Shown here one piece after another: positions 46,603 through 58,772 of a stretch of 64,000 nt of DNA. Position 1 is the first letter of the stretch. Each line of letters starts with the position of its first letter. This DNA is from Entomortierella parvispora E1425 (Eukaryota; Fungi; Mortierellomycota), in assembly GCA_020891255.1 (NCBI GenBank), contig BQFW01000004.1, positions 2,108,001 to 2,172,000 on the forward strand, written 5' to 3'. The notes under the pieces were generated by a model. It did no database searches. It saw nothing but the letters and a program-made list of their open reading frames with translations, and was not told where the DNA came from. Position numbers and translations under genes: made by a program.

Positions 46603-48239
46603 GTTTAGAAAAAGGTGTTTTGTGGGGGGTGGTTGAGCGAGTGTGTGAGTGAGAGAACGAGAAGCTGAGAGTGATAATGAAGAAAGAAATGGAGGGAGGC
46701 AGAGTATCTTTTATAGCGATGAGGACGGATGATGAAAGACAAGGCAAAGGCAGGGGGTGCCTGAGATATTATTACCATTACACCATGATCGCATGGGATT
46801 GCTTAACAGGCACTAGGCCCCCTGTTCGTGTATGCCTCCTATCAGGGATGAAGGCGATGACCGCGTTGTGATGGCAAAAAGTCGCGTAAACGGGTCTAGT
46901 TTAGAAGCACCCGGACCAAACAGAGATCAGGAACCCTGTCTGTGAGATGCAAGAAAAGGGAAAATGGCTCTCTGCGCCAATGACCGAAACGGACGCTGAA
47001 AGCACGCTAGCCTTGGTCTAAGCCAGTGTGGGGGAAAGGAATAGAAATATTATAATGATGACCGTGTCATCCACCGATCAAAGAGCCACCAAATGGGTGT
47101 CCAGGGGGTCAATGTTACAAACAAAAGTGACCTCACGATTCCGTCACTCACAACGTTTACTCCTCTGTCTGATGCAAAAAAGGTGTGCTTGCAGCTAGAG
47201 GTCCCCAGGGAGACACACAAAACAAAATGCAGAGAATCATTGTCAAGAAGGCTTGGCCCGAACAGTAGAAGAAAGAGGAACACCCCACGGCCGGACCAAC
47301 CATGACGGCAATCCCTCGCGCGCGCTCTCTGTCCTCAATCGGGCAAGAGAGACAGAGTCTCTTGTCCCAGGGACAATTATGACCAACCGTTGCTTTCCAC
47401 TTTTAGTCGCATGAGGTCAATGCATTAACGGCAGGAAAGATCTATTTTTATTGCCTTGGCTGTTGTCGTCGTGTCAGAATAGTCAGCAATCAACAACCAG
47501 AGGTAAAAAGGAAAGATACACCTCTAGTCTACAGCTTCAAAAGTGCCGTTTTGGACCTTCGTAGGTCTCGCGAGAGACAAAGCGCAAGCAATGGCACTGG
47601 AAAAGGCGACTAGCTTGTTGAGGACTCGGATGTTTTGCATGCTATGCTTGTAGTACACTTGCACGGTTGGAACTGCCAAGACAATCAAAAATGATGGTGT
47701 CAGCAATGAAAAGAACAGGAACTCACTCCGATGCCCTCTCTAGAACGACTGAACCTTCTGGGAGCGCCGCAAGCATGGCGCCCTGTTCATAGACCAACTT
47801 GGTAAAATGGTCGTTGAAGAAAGTCTTCGTTTGAGTGTCTTCGTAAGAAAGGTCCGTAGTCATTGAACGCCTCCTATGGACGTGGATGAGGTCAAGGTTA
47901 TTCAAGGAACACAGCAAGAAGGCTGTACCCAGCGGAGGCCAAAAACGACACGACATGATAGTGCACGCATGATAGAGATGGCAATGAATGCTTTAGTCTG
48001 AAGCTTCAACTCTGCAGTGAATCGAGCTACCTGAACGTCCTTGATTGAATTACCATCCATGGCTTGGTCGCCAAATCGGATGGCTCTTGTCGGGGTCAAA
48101 CAACGCCGAAGAAGTCGAGGGGGTGCACTTTGATCGAGGAAAGAGGGAAAGAGCATGCTGCACGGCGCGTTTCCTGCTCAGAAGATTTAACGGTCGCAGT
48201 TGCTGCGCGACCATGGCACCAATCAGTCTGTGCTGGGAG

Positions 48240-48259
48240 CCATGGTAACGTTACCATGG
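48240..48259. promoter_or_regulatory. Perfect 20-bp palindrome CCATGGTAACGTTACCATGG, forming two abutting RFX X-box-like sites
   Basis: The palindrome is read directly. GGAGCCATGGTAAC and GTTACCATGGGAGC each match GTTRCCATGGYAAC at 12/14 positions. Function is inferred. Confidence 0.45.
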
Positions 48260-49157
48260 GAGCTCGGGAGCATGGGAGTTTTTTTTTTTTTTTGTTTTTT
48301 TTTCTGCTCGGCTCACCAGGTCGTGGAACGGTTTTTTGTCTCTTTCTCCCCCATGCTAACTTGCTGACAAACAGATCTCGGAGTGCATCGTGCCCTCCAC
48401 ATGAAGTGGCAAGGCTATTCATAAACGCACACAAACAATCAGATACCCAAGAGAGGAGACACTTGGTCTTTGATGGGAACAAAAGCAAGGCTGATCTAGC
48501 CAGGGGACCTTTCACCTCCTCCCTTCCTTTGTCAGCACTTCCCTTGAACAGTTGCTCTGTCTTGAGGCGTCGTACCACTTTTCAGCTCCACTGTCCCCAC
48601 TGCGACGCAAGCATCAGATAGCACCCACGAGTGTTTCTAACGGCTGCAGACTCAGTAGATAACAGGTGAGGATCACTTGAAAGCACGAGGGAAATATTGC
48701 AGAGAACGGGGGATGGTACAAAGGTACCTCGAGCGGGTGGCACAAAAGAGGCGAGATGGGAAGGAGGAACCTTCTTTTTCGCCAGTCAGGCGGGGTGTAG
48801 TGAAAGAGAGAGAGGAAAAGAGACAGAAGCCGATCTTTCTGTGTTCAGGAAGGAGAAGATCGATCCCCGCGCCACATGGAGAGGAAGAGGAGAAGGGGAA
48901 CATCGTTTTCGAGGTGTTGTGATCCCATCTTGGGGACACAAGGATGGGCACAAACAAGAAAAGAGATAAAAAAAAAGAAAGAGTTTTGATCCAGTCCACA
49001 GGTGCAGCACAGAGACCATGGAGGGCACTGAAAGAGAAAAAAAGAGGGCGCCAGTCTGGCCTGACCTTGACTGACTGACTGTGGGCTGTTTCCCTTTTCT
49101 CTCTGTCCTTCTTGGGTCCAGGACGGCGAGAGAATTGCTTCCCTTCACTCCTTCACT

Positions 49158-49206
49158 CCTTCCTTCCTTCCCTCCTTCCTTCCTTCCTTACTTCCTTCCT
49201 TCCTTC
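49158..49206. repeat. (CCTT)n imperfect microsatellite; nearby (CGACT)n at about 49599-49617 and (CTCTT)n at about 49650-49687
   Basis: Read directly in the pyrimidine-rich leader upstream of 50081. Confidence 0.85.
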
Positions 49207-50080
49207 TTTGCCTTCACTCCATTTTTTTTCTTCCTGTCTCTCTCTCTCTAGCTTCTTGTCATCATACCCATCCTCCCATACCCACCTTCTGTCTGATCCC
49301 ACCCATGGACCGCCCCTCCATCCGCCCCATCGCCACCACCTCAGGAACAACTTCTCGGGACTTGCATTCATGTCCCGTACGTCTACTGCTCTCTTGCTCT
49401 CTTTCTCTCGTTCTCTCGTTCTCCCCTTTCCTTCCTCTTGCTCCATTCTCTTTCTCGCTAACCTGTTGAAGAGTCGTTACTTCTCGGTGGTTGTCACTGT
49501 GCTGTACTGTACTGCTGCCACACACAACTAAACACACGCGCGTGATCTGTCGACACATGACCCCTCCACTTCAACTGTCATTACTCTGTGGCCCAACCCG
49601 ACTCGACTCGACTCGACCCCCGTTCGACATTCCATCTCCTTCTCTTCCTCCTCTTCTCTTCTCTTCTCTTCTCTTCTCTTCTCTTCTCGTGCCCATACTT
49701 CGTGCTTGTCCCTTGCCCTCTTCATTTTCGATCGACTCTGTCTTTCTCTCTCTCCCTCCTCTTTCTATCCACCCCTATATCACAGTTAAGACCGCCTGTT
49801 CCTGCCCCTGTACCTGCCCCTGTTCCTGTTCATGCCCCCTATGTCACTGGATTCGTTCTACCGAATGATTCTTGAGGATCTTCCTCTTGGACGCTCTCTA
49901 GGCTCTGAAAATGTGGGGAGAAGCAACACATGCACCGTTAGCACGATTTTTCTTGGTTCTTTGGGAGCAACGGGTGATCTACCTCGTGTACCTGGCAATC
50001 TGATTGAACTAACAGATCTCCTCTTTTTTTCACCCCCTTCTTTTCCATAGGAGATCGCCACTCACATAGATAAGGCCTCG

Positions 50081-51632
50081 ATGGCCCCCGGTCTACCCTC
50101 ACCGCCACTCTCTCCACAGCAAGATCTTGGAGTAAGCAAATATGGAAAACGACACTTTCGGTCGTCTTTACAGTTCAGCTCAGTAGCGCACGATCACGAG
50201 CCATCGGTCGACGAGCAAGAGTCTCTTACATTTGGCCAAGGAATCTCTGACCTTGAAGAAGTCGATCCCTCTATTCCAATGCTGCCCAGCCAACTGAGGA
50301 AACGACATGAAAGTATCAAGCTTGCTTCCAAAGCCCAGCAATTACAACAACAACAACAAGACCAGCTGCGAGAACAACAGGAACGCGAACATCAGGAGCA
50401 ACAAATGGACAGGGAGCAAGGTTTAGATGACCCAAATTATATCGAATCGCAGGTGCCATCAGAGACGGACCTGGACCCTTCAATCGCTGGAGAAGATGAC
50501 GACGATGACATCGAGTTGATCCACGGGTCTTACCATTCTGGTGGCGCATTGGTTCGCGCAAAGTCTTTCAGCATGTTCGAGTCCAGAGGTCACGATGGCC
50601 ATCATGGATCTACAGCACTATTGAGCCCCAGCCAACGACTCTTGGCAACTCAGGGATTGCTTTCGCCTTCCGCTCAGTCCCTCCCTTCAACTCGGTCTAC
50701 AGAGATGCCTACTCGAGATTGGGTCAAGATGCAGTCCAAAATTCAGGCTTTGGAGATGGAAGTTTCGCATGTGTCCCGGACCAACTTGCTACTGAACCAG
50801 GAACTGGACAAGGTCAATGCTCATCTGGCCAGAGTGACGGCTGGTGACGAGGATGGTCCAGGACAAGGAGGCGAAAGCTGGAGACGTGAATACGAGTTTT
50901 TGGTGCAGCAAATCGATGTAATGCATCGACAGCTCCAAATAGCGCATTCCGAACAGCATGCGCGAGCAAGCAGGGCCATGACAACGGACTTGGACATGAA
51001 CGCAGCACCGGGTCAACAGGCAGAGATGACGAGACAGCTCTATGCCGAAGTAAAAGATCTGACCGCTTCTTTGCGTCTATGGCAGTCCGCCTTTCAACAA
51101 GCTGAGCAGAAGTATCGCCAAAAGTGCGGTAAGTTGTTTTTTTTTCTTTTTTTTTGAAACATGCTTTGGTACGTAATCATGGCGAGACCCAATTTCACTC
51201 ATCGCCTGTTATCATATCTTTCTTTTCCATGAACGCTTCGATCAACCAGACGGCGAACGAGCTCTCAAGCAGACCCTGAGAGAGCGTGAAACCCAACTGT
51301 CAAGCTTGGTGGACAAGTTGTCGGGATACGAAAGCGAGTTTCGAAAGTCAATTTCGAATTACGAGGAGTGGATGCGACTCTCCACAGAACTTCAAGGTCT
51401 TGAAGGCGCCTCTGGTCAAGCTTTTCCACGACGACGACTAAGCATTGAGGGAGGATCGACTTCGGACTCTCATGACACATCCAAGAATGAACTCGATCTG
51501 GTGGGCATGCCAGGGACGTTCCCCGGCGGTAGTCGTGAAAAAGAACCGATCGGCGAGAACGCATCCATTGATCAACTCTCTGTGTCGATCTTATCCTGGG
51601 CTGCTCTCTTGGCAACTTACATGCTCTCTTAA
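50081..51632 (+). CDS. Unknown coiled-coil protein with a C-terminal hydrophobic (tail-anchor-like) end; intron about 51129-51249
   Basis: 358-aa ORF spliced (QKC|DGERALKQ) into the 108-aa ORF; heptad-like segments; ends SVSILSWAALLATYMLS. Confidence 0.75.
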
Positions 51633-51941
51633 TGGAGAAGACCTCACTGCTCTTATAGTCCTCTGCACACCGACACTTGGGACCCATTGTATATCTTCCC
51701 TCACTCCCAACTGTCCAAACATATTCCTGCTGATGCTATCCTCCCAGCGATTCTTTCTTTGCCTCCAAAAGCACTTTCTTTCAACCCTTGTACAATAATC
51801 CAAAACAGCTATTCATACAATAAACTATTCCCTCTGGATTCGCTCTAGCATCTCTTTGTGAGGTGGTCTTTGGACATGACCTTTCTTGTTTATTTATTAT
51901 TAAATGCTGTCCAAACGTTTCAAAACCTTTTTTTTTTTTTT

Positions 51942-52379
51942 TTACAAGAACACCATGGTGTTGATGATGGCGGCTGCGACGCCGACGGCAGTAAAGGTCA
52001 GGGCACTCAAGGAAGCCGAGGCCTCATTCTTGCTGCTGGACACAGAGAAGCCAGCACAGTAAGTGTTCTTGGCATCGGCGAATTCTTGGGTCAATTCAGT
52101 GAGCATATCTTGAGGGCAGGAGGTGGGGGAGACACAGCCGGTGACCCAGCTGGTGCTCGAGACCATAGAGCAGTAACAGTCCTTGTCGTTACCAGTCAAT
52201 TGAGAGGGATCGGTGGCGGTGATGGTGGGGTCCGAGGCGATGCTGCTACACACTGGGAAGGAGGACTTGGCCGCGTTCACGAGACAGGTTTCACACGCTA
52301 GCACTGTCGTGTTGGTCTGGGCAGAAGCGGAAGTGGCGAGGGCGATAGCGGCCAGGACAAGGATGGCTTGGGAACGCAT
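51942..52379 (-). CDS. Small secreted 8-Cys (CFEM-like) GPI-type protein, 145 aa
   Basis: Signal peptide MRSQAILVLAAIALATSASA; 8 Cys including CETC and CYC; hydrophobic C-terminus; TATAAAG on minus at about 52522-52528. Confidence 0.8.
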   Translation of the reverse strand: MRSQAILVLAAIALATSASAQTNTTVLACETCLVNAAKSSFPVCSSIASDPTITATDPSQLTGNDKDCYCSMVSSTSWVTGCVSPTSCPQDMLTELTQEFADAKNTYCAGFSVSSSKNEASASLSALTFTAVGVAAAIINTMVFL

Positions 52380-53305
52380 GCTGTTTACAGTGAGTTGTGG
52401 AGATGGGAGGAAATTGAAAAAGACACGCGCGAAATGTGCAAGACGTGAGTATTGAGGAAGAAAAGGGAGGGATGGGTGAAGAAAGAAAAAAAAAAAAGAG
52501 AGAGGTTTGCGGCGTGGTCGCTTTATACTTAACGGAAATGGAGACCGAAAAATGGCATGTGGACAAGGGTTTTTGAGAGAACTTAACCTTTCATCGCCTC
52601 TTTGTTGATGTTGAGGAAGGTGCGTGCTCAGAACAAACTGCCGGCGTGAGAGTCGATGCTCTGGATGGCTTTCTGAGTAAAAAAAAATAAAAACAGTGGT
52701 GGCAAAATGCTCAACAACAAACTGCTCTGAAAAGACGATAGTTCTGCCGAATGGCGGCGTCCTGGCTCTCACAGCCTCTGGAAGCCAAGATCAAACTCGC
52801 AACCATGTTTTGAGAGAGGTCAGGGGGAGGAGGATGGGAGTTAAGGTTGGACAGAGGAACGCTCTGCCTTCTGCTGCCGATTTGTGCTCAGCCCCCATGG
52901 GCCTGTCTTCAACAGGCTGTTGAGGCACCTACTCAGGATATCGTCTGTGGGTCCAAGCTCGGTTCACCGACTCTGTCTCTCAGCATCCTGGGAACCCTTT
53001 TTACCGTCTCCAAACCCTGGCCCAGCTCTTAGACACTGGGAAGTGGATCATGACCCGGAAAATTGCCAAGGAGCCCTTGTTTGCCTGGTTCAAAAGTCAA
53101 CCCCAGCCCAGATACATCATCTCCCGTCACTTTTTATTTCCTACTTTACATTGAATTCCAGCGGATGCACTGGGGATACACTGGAAGCGCACATTGCGGT
53201 GGCGTTGCGACCAAGATCAATACCAGTTTCCCTTTCTTTATTAAATCACCCCTCAGTCCTCCACGGTCAAAAATCCAATACAGACACTTGGCGCCTTTGC
53301 CACAA

Positions 53306-55482
53306 TCAGATAATCGCTTGCCACCAGTGATCTCTATGCCAAAAACGCGCCTTCTCAGCTTTGTTGACGCAGCACAGATACTCGATGTCTGGTCGCATTT
53401 GACTTAGAGTATCGCATACTTCTCTTAGGCGACGCTCCAATATCCAGAGCTCTTTTGGACAATAGCCAAAGATAGAAATGGCAAAGATGAATTGCTCCAT
53501 GTTTCTCCAGGGTCGCGTGCAATCAGAATCTGTTGTTGTTGCACCTTGGGACAATTCGGATCTATCGTTATCCCCTCTTTCGCGCCACTGTTGAAGTCGC
53601 CACATCCGTGCCCGGAGACACGCTTCTACATCAAAGTTGGATCCAAAAAACTCAAAATCCACCAGACCATCCACCACCTGGACGGCTTGATCATAGTCCG
53701 TTCTGTAGCTGTTTTCTTTCTGCTGCTGCAACATTCTTTGACGCTGAGATTCCTGTCCCTCGATAAATTTCTCCCAGCCGACTTCAGTGAGGCCCGTTGG
53801 AACGCGGCTGGATTTCAAATCTCGCGCTCTAAGCTTGGTTTGCGCCTGAGTGTTTGCCTCGGCGGCTTTGAGGCAATCGCCAAGATCCTTGTCTGGCTTT
53901 CGATCTCCAATTGGAGGAAGAGAATGAATAAAGGAATGTAGGCGATTGTGAGGGACCTCCATGTCCTTCGCCAGTTGTGGCTCCGTCATTAGATCGTTCT
54001 GCTGAATCCATGCGAAATTGGGACTTTTGAGTGTGTCTCGGATTTCATTGTCACTGGGAACCGGGAAGCAAATTTCCAACCGTCTTAAATCGCGTAGACG
54101 GGTCAACAGCGACAGTTCCAAAGACAAATTGGGACCCCTGTAGAGGAGGACGACCGACAACTCTTGTAGTCTTGGACAGACCCGACCCAGGTAACTAAAG
54201 AGCATCCTGTTGGGCGAATACCATTCGTCTATCGGTGAATTTCCACGAAGGTCGATGGACAGAGTTTGTAACCCTCGGCATGCCCAACGACAAGGCGGGC
54301 TGAGATTGCCAGGTTGATCAAACATGATTTCGCGTGTGACCCAAGTTTTCGCTGCTTTCAGATGCAAAAGCTGGGGGGAGGCGCATAGAAACCTGCGGAG
54401 GACATCACATCGACCCCTGAGGCGTTCAGAAACGCAGCTATCAAAGCCCGATCCTTCGACTGAGAGCGTCGTCAGATGATTTTTGGTCCGATGAATGCCG
54501 CACAACGTTTTCCAAGTCGGGTCCGCAATCGAGACAGCGATCCCAAAGTTCTTGACCAAAGGAAAGAGATCTACTGGGAAGTGAGAATCCACGTCCTCTA
54601 CCGTTGGGAATGTGATTGACTTCAGAGACAAACACTGTTGAGCCAGGGTCGCCCAAAATTCTCGAGCCACTCTTTGATTACGAAATGAGTCCGTCAAGCC
54701 AGTGTATTCCATACGTTGCAGCCGATACAAGGAGATGCTTTTCAGGTTCTTCAATCGCGGAACAAGATCCTGCAGTGTCTTTGGTGACACATGGAGACAT
54801 GTGATGCTGAGAGACTGTAGAGGCCATGAAGGTCCGGTGAGATTCTGTTGAAGTATCTGGGGCTTTTTTAAGTCTTGACGAGAAATGGCCTGGCCGAGTT
54901 GGCGGCCAATCATTGAAAGAGAGGACAGGTTCAAACAACTGTCCAGCATCCACTCGATAAAGTCCGAGGCCGTTTCAAACCAGGACATGTATATGGTCAC
55001 TCGCGTCAAGTGTATCGCGTTGAAAAGAGTCTGAGACGGAGTACCATAAAAGTTCAACTCGGTGACTCGAAGCCGAAAGCCCATGTCGTGTTCTCCACTG
55101 TTGTTGTAGCGGTTACTTGATCCAGGAGAGTCATCAGCTGCCTCCATTGCCTCCTGCTCCAGATGGGGCCATACCCCTGTGGATGAGTTTTCCTGAACTC
55201 GGGGATCCTGCCAAGGGTGAGAGTGGTGGCCATGGGCACACCAGAGGCCAAACTCTTCCAGGTACCACAGTGGTCGATATCGAAACAGACCTCTCGCTGG
55301 ATCAATTCTTTGGCAACAAGATTCCATCGTCGTGAAACTCTGGAAGCGACGGCTCTGAGCTTGGGCTGAGACACATACGAGAAGATACGGAGCAGGATTT
55401 CATTGATCTCGACAGGTGAAGGAGGCTTCAGGGTGACAGGTCCCCTGTCTATCGACTTGGACGTCTGGAATCGAAGCGGCAT
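53306..55482 (-). pseudogene. F-box/LRR-like family copy B1; full length except for one frameshift at about 55095
   Basis: ORF 55054-55482 carries the F-box (EINEILLRIFSYVSQPKLRAVASRVSRRWNL) and ORF 53306-55327 carries the rest; adding one G (GTG GAG to GTG GGA G) restores a single frame. May be an intact gene with a sequencing error. Confidence 0.7.
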
Positions 55483-55751
55483 TGAAAGGGAACGTGCAGG
55501 GTGATTAAAAAAAAAGAGGGATTTCCCTCGGTAGAAATGTCGTCTGCTCTCGGCTGGCGCAGCATGTGTGTCACCAGCAGAGTCGACTCCTTCGCCTCAT
55601 CACTCAAGCCCATTTTCTCATCTCGTCATAAGGCCTGACAGCGACATGGGATGTCTGTTCTGTCCAGCCAGAACAACCACCTCCCAAGGTCAACTATCGC
55701 GGCCAACCAATTGATGCGCACCATGGCACCAGTTACGTCTTTTTTTATTTT

Positions 55752-56430
55752 TCAGCATGGTGCTTCATCGCCCCATTTGACTGCACACCGAAACTCGATA
55801 TCAGGTCGCAACTGACTTAGACTGTTGCATGCTTTTCTACAACTTTTCTGTAGTTGCATGGCCTCTCTTTCAGGGTGGAAACCGGATAGATAATCGTAGG
55901 GATAAATGGAGAAAAGGAATTGCCGCATTCCTTTCCATGGTCGACTGTACTCCATCAGAGTGGTTGTGGCTTCTGTTTTCTGGATCAGGTTGACGTCCCC
56001 TCCTTGGCACTGCTGTTGAGATCTCCATATCCGTGCCTGGAGACACGTTTCGACATCCAAATTGGACCCCAAAAAGTCAAAATCCATCAGACCGTCCACC
56101 ATTGAGGTCTCTGGACTGTAATCTGTTCTGCACTTGTTTTCTTCCTGCTAGCTGCAACATTCTTTGGCGTTGATTTTTTTGTTCATGGAGAAAACTCCTC
56201 CGGTCTTTGTGGCCTATCGAAACGCAGCTATTTCTCAAATCACACGCTCTGCGTTTGTCTTGCTTCAGGGTGTTTGCCCTGGGCGGTTTCAAGGCAATCG
56301 CGGATATCTTTGCTTGGCTTTTGATCTAGAATCGTGGAGAGAGGGTAAAGAAATGGCCATAGACAACTGCGGGAAGCTCTCTTCTCCTTCTCGATCATCC
56401 ACGCGAACTCGATCGTCCCTAGCACGTGGC
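55752..56430 (-). pseudogene. F-box/LRR-like family copy B2, 3' fragment only
   Basis: FAW, KPSKDIRDCLETA, MVDGLMDFDFLGSNLDVETCLQARIW and RPDIEF motifs in broken frames; no F-box or LRR part upstream. Confidence 0.8.
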
Positions 56431-56761
56431 ACTTTCCTTGCAGATCTGCTTGGAACAACTGAAAAAACGCGCTCACCGACACAAATGACTGGATTTGTTG
56501 TTGTTGTTGTGTGTGCAATGACAATCACCTCTCTTTGAGCAGAACTTTGACTCATGTTGCACATCCTGAGCTGTTTTTGGACAAAGGATAGCAAGGGGTC
56601 GGCGCGAGATATTAACAGGGTTTTTTTTTCTTTTACGGAAGCACAGATTATAAAAGGTGGAAAGTTTGCACTAACCCTCTCTCTCGTCTTTCTTCTGACA
56701 ATTTCCAAGACATCAACGAACTACAAATCCAGCACGCAGTCCTACATCTTCTCCTCCTCCG

Positions 56762-58570
56762 ATGAGATTTGGTACATCAGACTTCAAAGTTCCTACACCG
56801 TCGTTTGCTGTGAAAAGTGAACTGACAGGGGGGGTTTTTTTTTTGTTAATTGCTGAAATAGAGCGCCGTTCCGACCAACCTGAGAATCCATTCTCCCGCC
56901 TGGCCCCCGATCAAACGATCGCCATCGTCCCAGAGTTTACTTTCGAGTCGGGTGCAAAGATCCATGACGTGCCGGTGGCCTACAAGACTTGGGGCGTATT
57001 GAATGCAGAGGGAGACAATTGCATGCTAATTTGCCACCCCTTGACGCGAAGCGTTGATGTCGAAGACTGGTAAGAGAGACAGACAACCCTGAAAAGAAGA
57101 AAACCGAATGGTGTGGAAACTTACTTGAACGTATTCGAAACACTGCATGGGGCATGTACTAGGTGGGGCAATTGTTGGGGCTCTTGTCCTATTGAGGGGA
57201 AAGGCAAGGTGATTGACGAGTCCAAGTTCTTCATCGTTTGCCTGAATGTGATGGGATCTCCTTATGGATCAGCCTCTCCGCTTACGGTAAATCTAAAGAC
57301 TGGGGCCCGCTATGGTCCCGAGTTTCCTTTGGCGACCATTCGAGACGATTGCAGGTACGCAACAAAATACAGAATAGTGCCAAAAAGATGGACTGTGCGC
57401 GACTGACCGATCCTTTCTCCAGGTTGCACAAGATGGTGCTTGATGACCTGGGCGTCAAGTCTGTGGCCATCTGTTTGGGCGGATCCATGGCGGGTATGCA
57501 CGTCTACGAGTGGGCTCTATATGGATCCGATTACATAAAGCTGATCGTGCCCATCTCGGCCCCCGCCAAGAGCTCTGCATGGAGTATGAGCTGGACTGAA
57601 TCACAGCGTCAGTCCATCTTCACAGATCCAAAATACAAGGACGGGTATTACTCTTTGGAAGAGGTACATATAAAAAAACTGAATGACCGGGAGATATTGC
57701 ATCCTTCCCTGTCATGTTTATTCAAAAGATCTATTACTCCTTTCCAATAGCCCCCTAAGCAAGGCATGACGGCTGCAAGAATGAACGCCATGCTCACTTA
57801 TCGCACGCGCGCATCCTATGAACGCCGCTTCGGTCGTGCCGTCATGGACAACTCTGAACCAGAAGCAGCAGGCATCCTGTCCAAGGACGAGGCTGACTCC
57901 TCGGATGTGCACCGGCGCATTCACAACGAGGGTCACCGTCATATGAACACGTCGTCCTCCTTTTCAACTGGCCTTCAGACCCCAAAGGGCTGCGACAGCC
58001 CTGCCATCAACAGCACCAAATCGCTCGATGCTGGGAGTAAGGATACCGAGGATTACAAGCCCCCCGTTTACTCTGCGCACAGCTACCTGCGCTACCAAGC
58101 TGACAAGTTCAATGAGCGATTCGATGCCAATTGCTACATTCATCTGAGCCGAAAAATGGACTCGCACGATGTCTCGTTCCGCCGCGGACCCTATAAAGAG
58201 ATTATCAAAAGCATCACCCAGCCTGTCCTCGTTGTTGGTAAGAAACCTCCCTTTCTCGGTAAACCATTTCATTCACCTAGGCTGACTTTACCTTCTCTTT
58301 TTTTTTTTGCCTCTCTTAGCCATTGAGTCCGATGTGCTCTATCCCCTGTACGAGATCCGTGCTTTGAGCAAACTCCTCCCGGCTTCGGAATTCATTCCTG
58401 TGAAATCGGATGAGGGTCACGATGGTCTATTGCTCGAGTGGGAACAGATCAACGAGGCTATTGTCGCTTTTATGCAAAAACACGAGCCAACCCGGTCTCT
58501 GATCGCAAGAGAAGGTGTTGCTGTAGCACCCAAGACTGCAACCCGTGGCAGCCTGTTCGCCAGCTGGTAA
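56762..58570 (+). CDS. MET2: Homoserine O-acetyltransferase family (MetX/Met2-like), divergent; 5 introns
   Basis: MRFERRSDQPENPF (after intron 56772-56860), VAYKTWG, GSPYGSASP, GGSMAG nucleophile elbow, YLRYQADKF..RFDANCY, IESDVL, GHDGLLLE. Confidence 0.85.
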
Positions 58571-58772
58571 TCAAAAACTATTGTGATAACAACCTGGGTT
58601 GCAGAGAGACGGAAAGAGGGCAGATGTTCCAGTGCATTCATATACCAAGTACCAAGTTTGAGAATAACACACGAATGTGGAGATGTAGATTCAAAGTAGA
58701 TGGGTTCAATGATATATTTCTTTATTTGAAAAATGCAAAAGATGAGAATTGAGAAGAGACATCCAGCTAGAC

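Noticed and set aside
48600-50050. Multiple ORFs and short tandem repeats as a possible array
   Set aside because: Simple microsatellites with no repeat-spacer structure; not CRISPR-like.
52800-53300. Possible additional F-box remnant or small gene
   Set aside because: No family motif could be aligned with confidence; the short ORFs lack recognisable features.
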